The position numbers and the translations under genes are program-made. Below the pieces are notes generated by a model. It worked only from the letters and a program-made list of their open reading frames with translations, did not search any database and was not told the DNA's origin. A stretch of DNA of 55,499 bases from an uncultured bacterium (lineage in GTDB: Bacteria > Bipolaricaulota > Bipolaricaulia > UBA7950 > UBA9294), in contig CAJVYM010000002.1 of the NCBI GenBank assembly GCA_913009415.1, forward strand, positions 1 through 55,499, written 5' to 3'. Position 1 is the first letter of the stretch, and each line of letters opens with the position of its first letter. Shown here piece after piece: positions 1 through 8,828 of this stretch.

Positions 1-310
1 CCAGCAGGGCACACGTCCAGAGAGCAAATGGGAATCTGAGCTGCAACGGATTCTTCATTGTCACGGTGTCGTACACCCAGCGTATGGCCTTGGCATCCAA
101 CTTCGGTGGGCGTCCACCACGCTTCTTGGCGTCAAGGGCAGGCCATCCTCCACGCCGATAGAGCGCCAACCAGTTGTAGATGGTCATGCGGGAAATGCCG
201 AACACACGCGCAACGACTTCTGGGCTCTCCCCCGCTTGGACGCTGGCTACCCCTCGTTTCCTCAATTCAGTCAATTCCTTGTGAGTCAGCTTGCGTGCAT
301 CTCGTTTCAT
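1..310 (-). mobile_element. IS630-family transposase, N-terminal HTH part only (continues beyond the 5' edge of the window)
   Basis: Manual reverse translation from ATG 310-308 gives MKRDARKLTHKELTELRKRGVASVQAGESPEVVARVFGISRMTIYNWLALYRRGGWPALDAKKRGGRPPKLDAKAIRWVYDTVTMKNPLQLRFPFALWTCALL. This shows an HTH plus GRPPKL...FALWT, typical of the IS630/Tc1-like N-terminus. It is missing from the ORF track because no stop lies inside the window. Confidence 0.7.
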
Positions 311-478
311 AATAAAACATTGTATCACACTGACATCACAATGTCAAGCCTATTTCGCACGGTTTAATAAGAGGCAATACGCACCGGCTCCTCCATAAAA
401 GCTGGGATCAAGAGCAGAGAAGCCACCTTGGCAAATGGTCCAGGGCGGGCTCTAGCCGTTCATAAGTGGGAAGGTGCG

Positions 479-922
479 CTAGTACAGCAACAAAGCGATC
501 GGAAGAAACCCAAGAGCCGCTATAGGGATGCCCGCCAGTGCTACACAAATGATCAGCGTTAGCCATGGTGTAAGTTGCCACAGGGTGAATGTGGCTAACC
601 CATGCTTGCTTAGGAGCCATGGGGCCGCAAGTGTGGCCAGAGAAAAAAATGTCAGGATGGGGAGCCCCAAGAGTACCGCGGTACAGATTCCCACGATTCC
701 AGCGACGGTGTCTACCATATAAGAACCTCTAAATGAATCCCGCGTCGCTTTCGAGAAAGTTACTTCATAGGTCAAATGATCAGCAAAACCCTGAAAGCCT
801 GCTCTGAACATCTCCACACCCAAACTAGAGAACAACCAGAGAGAGGCGGGGAAGAATTGAGCAAAGGACCGTGGCTTGAGAGCGAGAACGTACGGAACCC
901 ATGGGCCAAATGCAACCAGCAC
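479..922 (-). CDS. hypothetical small integral membrane protein (possibly a fragment)
   Basis: 147-aa ORF with a GTG start and several hydrophobic helices (LGLPILTFFSLATLAAPWLL, LTLIICVALAGIPIAALGFLPIALLLY). No family recognised. It is flanked by IS debris. Confidence 0.4.
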   Translation of the reverse strand: MLVAFGPWVPYVLALKPRSFAQFFPASLWLFSSLGVEMFRAGFQGFADHLTYEVTFSKATRDSFRGSYMVDTVAGIVGICTAVLLGLPILTFFSLATLAAPWLLSKHGLATFTLWQLTPWLTLIICVALAGIPIAALGFLPIALLLY

Positions 923-1141
923 ACTTATACCTAATCTGAGCGATTCACCAGCGATTCTTCATCGCACCCCGTGTTGGTGGTCGATTTGCTGAGCAAAATG
1001 TGGTGGACAAGCTAGCGCCAGGTAACATGTGGCCGATAACACCAATCAACAGGTAGCAAATCAGCTCACAGAGAGCCAGCAAGACACACCCTCCCCGGAG
1101 ACAGCGGCAAGAACTGTATTGGAATCGGGGTAGTGCTTGAG

Positions 1142-2564
1142 TCAGGCCAGTGGAGTCACCGGAGGTGAATTGGCGCGACCCCAGATCTTCTGAAGGTTCA
1201 ACCTCTCCCACACTACACGCGTCACCTTAAGGATGACCTGGTGGCTCGTAGCCACGATCTTCCCCGCAATGTCCAGGAATGTCCGGCGAAAGGTGGTCGG
1301 ATACACGTCAGGAGAGATGATCTCCGCAGTAACATCCCGCTTGAACGCCTCCAGCAGGTTGAACGCAAGGACCATCGTGTAGTAGAAGGCGGTGTTTGGT
1401 TCAACCCTCTTGAACGGAAGTTTCTCCGTACCAAACTCTTTCAGGGCACGGTGGCGTAGTTCGTCTCTGCCCCGGCCATGGGCCAGGCTAACCACCCCCG
1501 GGGTCGTCAACCAACCGGCTTTCCCCCCCGCGGTTAGTTTCTGCGTGAAAGTATCGTCTTCTCCCAGATTAGTGTAGTACACTTTCCGGTCTTGAGCAAA
1601 GGCAAACACTCCCTGGTGATCCTTGTTGGTTAGCCGGGTGAACACTACTCTCCTTCGCTTGTCCCACGTCCCCCGTTGGTCAGCAAACGAGGCGCAAAGA
1701 TAGCTGCGCCCGTCTTCCTTGTCTAACAGCTGCCAGTCCTCTTCAGGGATCTGCTCGGCTCGCTGCTTGATATCATTGTATAGCTTCCCTCCACATACGT
1801 AACCAATGCCCAGCTTCTCAAATGCACGGAAGTTCTCTTGGTCGAAGAAACCAGCATCTACAGTAAGCACGATCGGCACATCGGGATTGTACTCTCTCCT
1901 GATCCTCTCTACCATGTGGGACATCATACGCACCACTGTCTTGCCGTGGTTGGAGTGTTTCTTGCCGCGTCTGAACACCGCATCCACCACGTACGCTCCC
2001 CACTTCAGTTGCAGGGGTTGGAACCCGTTACGATCCTTGTAGGTGGGGTCTACCCCTTCTCTGCACCGCGCATCGTCGTTGTCCATCACCATCGTATCCA
2101 GATCCAACAACACGACGTCAGGTTTCTTTGCCCGAAGCCGCCACAGGAACAGATCTTGCAGCAGCCGGCGAAACAGGAAGTTCCTGCAGAAGGAGAACCC
2201 GTTGAGGAACCGTTTCATCTGATGCGATGAGACCATGTCGCCAAGATCCGTCTCGATGGTGGCGGCGTAGCCGGGATCGGCAGCCAGATGGTCAAAGTAG
2301 GTCAGGTGTAGATCCGTCCCATCCAGAAAGAAGCACAACAGTTGCTTGAATGCTTCTGCCACATTGACTCCCTTGGATGATTTGCGGATCGAGCCGAAGG
2401 CCTGCCCCGTGAAGTCTTACTTCATTGGGGTACCGATCAAGGAGACCGTAGATGTTGATCCTGTCCAGGTAGTGGACCCAAGGAGTCAAGCCGGCTCTGC
2501 TAGTCAAGTTATCAGGGGTGAGTTCGATACGATCGATCTTGTTCTTCGTTCGCTGACGGGTCAT
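1142..2564 (-). mobile_element. IS1380-family DDE transposase gene, split by a frameshift
   Basis: The N-terminal frame starts at ATG 2564 behind AGGAGG: MTRQRTKNKIDRIELTPDNLTSRAGLTPWVHYLDRINIYGLLD. The main frame runs FGSIRKSSKGVNVAEAFKQLL...DLDTMVMDNDDARCREG...LTVDAGFFDQENF...YYTNL...RGRDELRHRALKEFG...FYYTMVLAFNLLEAFKRD. By eye this is collinear with ISEcp1-type IS1380 transposases. The two frames can only be joined between 2295 and 2416. Confidence 0.8.
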
Positions 2565-2859
2565 AATAAAGCACCTCCTGGTGTGGATGGTGTTCACCCA
2601 TTGGGTGATACACAACACAGGGTTCTGAATGCTCTGTATTGTGCTTGTGTACTGCATTATACGCCAGGAGGCGCCTCTGTTCTAGCAAGGAAATCGCTCA
2701 ACTTAGGTTACAATTGCCCCTACAAGGGTTTCTGGCCTAACTTTGGTCAGAAAGCCTCGGAGGATAGGGTGAAGAACTTCCACTGTCTGTGGATGGACTC
2801 GCAATAGAATTAGTCCAGGGAGATCTTTATCTGCCGTGAAACGACGCGGGAAGTTTAGG

Positions 2860-3025
2860 TTATACGTAATTAAAATATAGTGTTTGCTCTGGTTGGTTTG
2901 TAGATTTCCCATCTAGAGCGCCGCTTTTTCCCAGTTCTCGGATGTCCTTGGTCTCCCAGCCCAGGCTGCGCAGAAACACCGCCGTCCTAGGGGGACAGGT
3001 TCTGATCGAGCAGGAACTTGGTCAT
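2860..3025 (-). pseudogene. DUF5615 (Mut7-C/PIN-like putative toxin) remnant, frameshifted and 3'-truncated
   Basis: ATG 3025 overlaps the DUF433 stop as ATGA. Manual translation gives MTKFLLDQNLSP then TAG. A shift of one base at the C-run (about 2990-2995) gives RTAVFLRSLGWETKDIRELGKSGALD, after which similarity is lost and the frame stops at 2860. Total length is ~55 codons, against ~110 expected for the family. Confidence 0.55.
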
Positions 3026-3276
3026 GGAGCAATTGAGCTACTCGTGGAGGTAAGCACGAGTTCATCGTCAATGAAGGCTGCAGCATACGCAATTGCCGCC
3101 TTGACATCCTTTTCTGCTAGCTCCAGATAGTACACAATAATCTGTTCGATGGTATACCCGCCAGCAAGCAGACTCAGGATGTTGCTCAGCATGATTCGAG
3201 TTCCCTTTATGATCAGCTTACCGTGGCAAACCTCAGGATCGATCACAATCTGCTCGAACTCTTTCATGGTGATCAC
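3022..3276 (-). CDS. DUF433 domain protein (antitoxin-like partner of DUF5615)
   Basis: 84 aa. The motif DPEVCHGKLIIKGTRIMLSNILSLLAGGYTIEQIIVYYLELAEKDVKAAIAYAA matches the DUF433 signature (CHGKP.IKGTR...L..G.s.eeI...YP.Lt.edI.AAL.YA). Confidence 0.8.
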   Translation of the reverse strand: MITMKEFEQIVIDPEVCHGKLIIKGTRIMLSNILSLLAGGYTIEQIIVYYLELAEKDVKAAIAYAAAFIDDELVLTSTSSSIAP

Positions 3277-3309
3277 CGACTCATTGTAGCCGATAGCGAG
3301 CGATCCTGC

Positions 3310-4098
3310 TTAGGTCAGTTTCCTCGCTCGCACGATGAGGAAGAAGGGAAAGACCTGTGCAGCCTGGAGATTCGGATGCTGCAGCACGACCTCATCGCGC
3401 GGCCTCGGTTCGGCGAAGCGTTCGAGGGCGAAGCCAGCATCGATGAGTAGGTTCAACCACTCACTCATGGTGCGGGTAAACCTGGCCACCCTGAACTTTC
3501 TGACTTGCTCCCGCTGGTCTGTGGGCAGGGCGCCGAACGTCCATTCTTCTACCTCACCGTCCAGATTGTGGAAGTATCCGCCGATCTCGAACGCGTACGC
3601 TTTGCCTTGTTCATCGCGCAGCTTCTTGCGATGTGGGGTGTCAAAGCAGGGATGTAAGATCGAAAACTGGAAGAATCCACCCGGCTTGAGGACGCGATAT
3701 GCCTCGGAAACGGCGCGTTCAACCTCTGGAAGATCCATCAGGCTCATGAACGCAGTTGTGAAATCAAACGTTTCCCTGGGATATGGGAGACTAGCCGCGT
3801 CCGCCACACGGTATGAGATCCACAGCGTCTCTTGCTCTTCTTTCGCGCGCGCATGCTCGATGAAGCGCTCCGAGATGTCGATTCCTGTCATCCTCGCTCC
3901 GCGACGCGCCAAGAGACGAGAGTTGTGCCCTTCGCCACAGCCGATATCGAGCCCTTCAAGGCCATCAATGTCAGGAAGAATATCTAAGAACGTTGGCGTG
4001 TTGAACATATCGCGGCAGGTATCGTACCCGGCCCGGCTCAGCTCGGTCCACGTGTCCGCATTCTCGTTCCACATCCGTCCCGCTTCTTTGTTGTCCAT
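3310..4098 (-). CDS. class I SAM-dependent methyltransferase (Methyltransf_11/25 type, small-molecule-like)
   Basis: 262 aa. Motif I is LDIGCGEGHNSRLLARRGARMTGIDIS, and the post-I/II region is FDFTTAFMSLMDLPEVERAVSEAYRVLKPGGFFQFSILHP. Confidence 0.85.
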   Translation of the reverse strand: MDNKEAGRMWNENADTWTELSRAGYDTCRDMFNTPTFLDILPDIDGLEGLDIGCGEGHNSRLLARRGARMTGIDISERFIEHARAKEEQETLWISYRVADAASLPYPRETFDFTTAFMSLMDLPEVERAVSEAYRVLKPGGFFQFSILHPCFDTPHRKKLRDEQGKAYAFEIGGYFHNLDGEVEEWTFGALPTDQREQVRKFRVARFTRTMSEWLNLLIDAGFALERFAEPRPRDEVVLQHPNLQAAQVFPFFLIVRARKLT

Positions 4099-4290
4099 TC
4101 ATCCTCCGTCTTGTAAGCGCAATTCTAGCAGCACTTGTGCGATGTGACCAACGCCCTTGTACTTCGCAGTATCCCTCTGGTACCGTCTTGCCATGAGCGG
4201 GGAACGGATAGCCGTGTGCAGGTGAGGGATGTGTTTCCAGGCTGCTGAGTGCTATTGTTTATTGTTTGAGACAGAAATGGGAGGACAATA

Positions 4291-7200
4291 GTGATATCTC
4301 AAGAGGGACGTGAGAAGATCCAAGATTGGGGAAGTTGCAGCCGAAGTTTTTCCATCTTCCAATGTTCCGAGCACGATGCGGCACAGATTGCGGAAATCTT
4401 AGGCAAAGTTATCCCAGATTTAGCAACGGTGCACCCATCCGACTTGCTGGATTTATCTGAACCTAGTGGGCCGGTATTGCTGTACAACATTACATCGGAA
4501 GAAGCTTATGAGAACGCTAACGCTTTGCACCGTCTGGTTCTTCGTCTGATTCGTTGGGAGAATGAGTCTGTCTTCTTATTGAGCCCTGACCGTCAAGCTG
4601 ACTGGGAGAGAGGAAATTTGTGGTTGGACAATGGCAAAATTGATAATAGAGGTCTTCGTCTCGATGCGTTGACGCTTATTCTCAAACAGGACAGTGTTAT
4701 CTCGAGTAGCTCCCTTCTTGATCTAGCTTCCGATCAACCGGAGATGACCTACATTGAAGACCTGATGGCGAAAGCCCTAAGGAAGAAGGAATTATCTTCC
4801 AAAGCGCAGGCTCTCATCGGCCGATATCACGTTGACTTCCTTGTGGAAAAGAATGGCGCACAGGTTGTTGTTGAATGTGATGGCAAGGCCTATCACTCAA
4901 GCGCTGAAGCAAAAGAGAAGGACAAAGAGCGCGACTCGTATCTGCGAGCTCAAGGGTATCCGGTCCTACGGTTTACCGGGGGAGAGATCAATAGTAGGGT
5001 CGGGCGCTGCGTGGAACAGATTGAGCAGGCCTTGGATGAGTCACAGGTGGAGAAATCGCAGGGTTTTCTGATGGACGACAAACTTGATGACTCTCAGCAG
5101 AAAGCAGTATTCACCAAACCAGGGCAGGTCTGTGTCCTTGCCCCGGCCGGCTCCGGAAAGACGCTCGTCCTCACCAATCGAGGCATTCATCTTGTTAATG
5201 AGGGCTTTCATGAGTACCGCGTATTGGCCATGGCCTTCAACAGTGAGGCAAGAAAAGATATGCAGAAACGCCTTCGGAAGATGGGCTTTTCAGACGTTAA
5301 ACGCCAGGTTCATACCTTCAACAGCTACGGAGCTAATCTGCTCGCTGACAGATATGCGTTGACAGGACGGGGGTTTGATGCATACGCAGACAAGGAATAC
5401 TCTAAGAAACTCTTTGCAGTGGTAGAAAAGCACTGCGGGGAGCTTCGTAGAAAAAGGGGAGCTTCGCAGCCCTTGAAAGAGGCCATCGAAAACACAAAGC
5501 GCGAACTAGTGTCACCAGGCCGATTCCTTGAGCCAGTATGTAGGGGTCTCATAAAAGGTAAATGGCCAAAGGAGGACAATCCGATCTGGTCTGAGATATT
5601 CGAAGATTTCCTCCAGTGGCAGAAGGGCAGCGATCACTTAACCTTTGCTGATCAGGTTTACCTCGCTGTTCGAGAACTTGCGGAAGATCCGATCCTACGA
5701 AGGAAAACACAAATGTCGCTCGATGCCCTTCTGATCGACGAGTTCCAAGATCTTGATGCCGCACAATCGATGCTTATCGAGATCCTGGCGCTTGGACACG
5801 GAAACCTGTTTGTCGTCGGGGACGATGACCAGATGATCTATGGCTGGCGTGGGGCGGACATCGAGCGCTTGAGAAGGTTCTTGAAGGATCCTCACACACG
5901 CAAGGTTACCTTGTCTACGAATTACCGCTCTTCGCAGCTTGTCGTGCGCCATGCCGGCTTTCTCATTAGCCATAACACGCAACGTGAGGAGAAAAAGATT
6001 GAAGCACAAGCGAGTGCCTCACGAGGGAAAGTTGAACTCTTCATTGGATCAGATCTCGCTCAAGAAAAGGCATTTCTAGTGCAAAGCCTTCAAGAAGCGA
6101 AGGAAGCGGGATTTGAGTGGGGGAAAATCGCGGTACTGGTGCGGTATAGGGACTTGTATCGCGCGGTTGTAGACGCCTTACAGGGGGCTGGAATCCCATA
6201 TTTCTGTATAGAAAAGCCGGTTTTCTACTCCCGACGAGCTGCCGGTGCCATGATAGGCTACTTTGCCGCAGTGCTTGGCTGGCCATCTCCTCCTAGAGAT
6301 GTTTGGAAGGCAATTCTCCACGTACCAAATCGGTATCTTAGCGACGACTATATATCCCGAGTCAATAATGCTGAGAAACCGGTCGCTTTCCTTCGCTCCG
6401 GCGAGGGTCTTACCACCAGCAAGAGCGATGTAGAGAAAAGAAGGAAAGTTGTTCAGTTACTTGACCACCTTCAAGGACTGCATGAGTTAGAGAAAATGGA
6501 TCCTTCAGATGCCAATGATCTCTTCCGCAAGATCGATGGTGCATTCGCGCTCAACAGGCACTTCAAGCAGCAACGCGGAATTTCTGACGACAATGACACA
6601 GCTGATGAAGGTTCGATTCTTGAACAGCTTGAAGAGCGCGCAAAGGAGTTTGCTAATCCACACGACTTCCTGAAGTATTGCGAGGCCCAACGAGATAGCG
6701 AAGAGGAAAACAAGGAGAGAGAAGAAAACAGCAACGGTCACGATGTCACTGTACAAGTGATGACAATCCACAGGGCAAAGGGGAAAGAATGGCGAGGGGT
6801 AGCCCTCTTCCACCTTGAATCGCGAAACAACTCCTCCTATGAATCAAACGAAAAGGAGAAGGAGAGTGTAGAGGAGGAGCGGCGCGTAGTCTATGTGGGT
6901 GCGACACGGGCGATTGAAAGGCTGTGGGTTACCGCTGAGAGGGGAAAGAAAAGCCGCTTCGTCAACGAGTTGTTTAGTGATCCAGACTTCAGCCAACTGG
7001 ACACATCTCAAGAATTAGGGTACCGACAGGAGCGGCTGAACAACATTGAACAACAGATCAATAGCCTGCAAGAAGAGAAGAATCAAGAACAGATCGCCGT
7101 TGATCGTGCACAAGGCATCGACCGAGACAGTGTGCACAAAGAGTTCGATGCACGAAAACAAAGCATGGGCTTCTTCAAGCGGCTCCTATTCTCAATAGGC

Positions 7201-7437
7201 ATAGAAGGATCGCGGGTTCGGCAACTCAAGAAGGACCTTGCAGTTGCCGAGAGAGCCGCTCGTGCAGAGCAACGAATACAAGAAATGGATGATCGAATTG
7301 CCAAAGTCCGGGAAGCGAAGCGAAATATCCTCGAAGAGGTAGATCGGCTAGAACGGGAGGAAAAGTTCCGACAGATTCTCGCAGATCCGATCGAGAAAGA
7401 TGCTGAGAATCAGGGGCCTCCATTCCAGTCGACATGA
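4291..7437 (+). CDS. DUF559 (Vsr-like endonuclease fold) - UvrD/Rep SF1 helicase fusion with an unknown N-terminal domain and a C-terminal coiled coil
   Basis: 1048 aa, GTG start behind GGGAGG. DUF559 signature: YHVDFLVEKNGAQVVVECDGKAYH...RDSYLRAQGYPVLRF. Helicase motifs: VLAPAGSGKT, LIDEFQDLD, VVGDDDQMIYGWRGAD, TNYRS, VMTIHRAKGKEW, VYVGATRA. The last ~150 aa are charged and heptad-like. Confidence 0.85.
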   Translation: MISQEGREKIQDWGSCSRSFSIFQCSEHDAAQIAEILGKVIPDLATVHPSDLLDLSEPSGPVLLYNITSEEAYENANALHRLVLRLIRWENESVFLLSPDRQADWERGNLWLDNGKIDNRGLRLDALTLILKQDSVISSSSLLDLASDQPEMTYIEDLMAKALRKKELSSKAQALIGRYHVDFLVEKNGAQVVVECDGKAYHSSAEAKEKDKERDSYLRAQGYPVLRFTGGEINSRVGRCVEQIEQALDESQVEKSQGFLMDDKLDDSQQKAVFTKPGQVCVLAPAGSGKTLVLTNRGIHLVNEGFHEYRVLAMAFNSEARKDMQKRLRKMGFSDVKRQVHTFNSYGANLLADRYALTGRGFDAYADKEYSKKLFAVVEKHCGELRRKRGASQPLKEAIENTKRELVSPGRFLEPVCRGLIKGKWPKEDNPIWSEIFEDFLQWQKGSDHLTFADQVYLAVRELAEDPILRRKTQMSLDALLIDEFQDLDAAQSMLIEILALGHGNLFVVGDDDQMIYGWRGADIERLRRFLKDPHTRKVTLSTNYRSSQLVVRHAGFLISHNTQREEKKIEAQASASRGKVELFIGSDLAQEKAFLVQSLQEAKEAGFEWGKIAVLVRYRDLYRAVVDALQGAGIPYFCIEKPVFYSRRAAGAMIGYFAAVLGWPSPPRDVWKAILHVPNRYLSDDYISRVNNAEKPVAFLRSGEGLTTSKSDVEKRRKVVQLLDHLQGLHELEKMDPSDANDLFRKIDGAFALNRHFKQQRGISDDNDTADEGSILEQLEERAKEFANPHDFLKYCEAQRDSEEENKEREENSNGHDVTVQVMTIHRAKGKEWRGVALFHLESRNNSSYESNEKEKESVEEERRVVYVGATRAIERLWVTAERGKKSRFVNELFSDPDFSQLDTSQELGYRQERLNNIEQQINSLQEEKNQEQIAVDRAQGIDRDSVHKEFDARKQSMGFFKRLLFSIGIEGSRVRQLKKDLAVAERAARAEQRIQEMDDRIAKVREAKRNILEEVDRLEREEKFRQILADPIEKDAENQGPPFQST

Positions 7438-8828
7438 CTGCGCAACAAGCTGAGCCGAAGAGGATCGTCATCGCTGGCTACTACGGGTTTGGAAACCTTG
7501 GGGACGAGGCGATCCGCGTTGCGCTGCACGAGGAACTCGCTAAGCTCAGCATCGATGCGTTCTGGCTTTCCGCTTCCCCACAGGGAGCAGATGAGATCGA
7601 TCGAAGGTCTCTGCTGCGTGTGTATACTGCCTTGCGGCACTGCCGGGCGCTTGTCCTCGGCGGTGGCGGCCTGCTCCAGAATAGAACGAGCAACCGCTCG
7701 CTCTTGTACTACCTCGGGTTGATCGCTCTTGCGCGCATTGCAAGAAGGCCGGTCTTCCTTTTTGGCCAAGGGATCGGCCCGATAAACGGGCGCTTTGCAC
7801 AGGAGCTGACGCGCATTGCACTGAAGCGTGCATCCTACATTGGCTGCCGCGATCAACAAAGCGTAAACTTCCTACGAACCCTGGAATTGGACGCGGTGAT
7901 CGAAGGCGATCTGTTCTTCCTCCTCCCGCCGGTCGAGGCTCCAGCGACACGATCCTCGGAGAGCTATCACATCATCTTGTCGATCAAAGGCGGAAAAAAC
8001 GATGGAAGCCTTTGTTATCCTAAGCGGGGCTTCAAGGAGGAAGGCTCAAGTGCCAAGATTCTCACAGAGGGACAAGACATTTCCACCGCGAAGGGCACGA
8101 AGAGCACGAAGGAGTCAGAGAGCGAAGCGCTTGATCATAATCTTAAGCTTGGTGGCATCGCACAGCCAATTACCGCATTTGACAACCCATCGAGTTCCAT
8201 TCTTCGTGTCCTTCGTAGTGAATTCTCTTCGGCTTCCGGCCTTGCTTCGCAACCGGCATCCGTACCGCACGAACCGGAATTGGAAATCACTACTCACTCC
8301 TGTCTCCCTCGCCGGCACAGGCAGGCGAAGCGACAAGGAACTGACGATGGCGAGATGGTCGAGAGGGTGGTGCACATGCTCGATAAGGTCTCGCACAGAA
8401 CTAAGATCTCCGTGACGCTCCTTCCATTCTTCCCCACACAGGATTTAGACCTTAGCAAGAGGATCGCTGATCGGCTCAATATTCCCTGCCGCATCGTGCG
8501 CGCCGATACGATCGACAATACAATTCACGTACTGGAAGACGCGGACCTCGTGATATCATCTCGTTTGCACGGGCTGGAATTCGCGCTGCGCGCGGAAGCG
8601 CCGATGATCGCGTTAAGCGAGGACGCAAAGATCGATGCCTTTGTAGCTGAGGTAAGAGATGCGAGTGGCTTTGAGATCCATTGTGGTCGTTTTCCATCTT
8701 CGGAGCAGGTTATGGAGGTCCTCAACTCGCCGCCATCGCCTGAGGCTTTGCATGCAGCATATCGCGCCATGCACGCGCGGGCGATCGAGGGATTCTCACG
8801 ATTTGTCGCCGCATTGGAGAAACTATGA
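7434..8828 (+). CDS. csaB: polysaccharide pyruvyl transferase, CsaB-like, carrying a ~115-aa low-complexity insertion
   Basis: 464 aa. The N-terminus IVIAGYYGFGNLGDEAI...LVLGGGGLLQNRTSNRSLLYYLG...FLFGQGIGP is typical of CsaB. The C-terminal half reads LVISSRLHGLEFALRAEAPMIALSEDAKIDAFV. ATGA overlap with the upstream helicase gene. Confidence 0.7.
   Translation: MTAQQAEPKRIVIAGYYGFGNLGDEAIRVALHEELAKLSIDAFWLSASPQGADEIDRRSLLRVYTALRHCRALVLGGGGLLQNRTSNRSLLYYLGLIALARIARRPVFLFGQGIGPINGRFAQELTRIALKRASYIGCRDQQSVNFLRTLELDAVIEGDLFFLLPPVEAPATRSSESYHIILSIKGGKNDGSLCYPKRGFKEEGSSAKILTEGQDISTAKGTKSTKESESEALDHNLKLGGIAQPITAFDNPSSSILRVLRSEFSSASGLASQPASVPHEPELEITTHSCLPRRHRQAKRQGTDDGEMVERVVHMLDKVSHRTKISVTLLPFFPTQDLDLSKRIADRLNIPCRIVRADTIDNTIHVLEDADLVISSRLHGLEFALRAEAPMIALSEDAKIDAFVAEVRDASGFEIHCGRFPSSEQVMEVLNSPPSPEALHAAYRAMHARAIEGFSRFVAALEKL
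7990..8350. repeat. in-frame repeat-like insertion inside csaB
   Basis: The segment has no counterpart in CsaB proteins as I remember them. It contains tandem CACGAAG at 8096-8111 and inverted tandem CTTCGT(G/A) at 8202-8217. It translates to KGTKSTKE...LRVLRSEF, which is typical of repeat-derived peptide strings. Confidence 0.4.

Noticed and set aside
58-312. 84-aa plus-strand ORF at the window start
   Set aside because: It is antisense to a clearly recognisable IS630 transposase HTH coding sequence. The product is Arg/Cys/Trp-rich with no motif, so it is a shadow ORF.
923-2910. Terminal inverted repeats and target duplication of the IS1380 copy
   Set aside because: I compared 923-1141 with the reverse complement of 2565-2912 by eye. 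Only a weak ~60-70% match turned up (around 1050-1085 versus 2880-2905), so the ends cannot be defined without other copies.
3310-4098. Methyltransferase as the modification partner of the adjacent nuclease-helicase (R-M-like pair)
   Set aside because: The MTase has the small-molecule Methyltransf_11 layout with no DPPY/NPPY or cytosine-C5 motif, and it is transcribed divergently. The sequence gives no support for DNA methylation.
3335-4147. 270-aa plus-strand ORF
   Set aside because: It overlaps the minus-strand SAM methyltransferase completely, and that gene has unambiguous motifs. The plus-strand product is Ser/Arg-rich junk.
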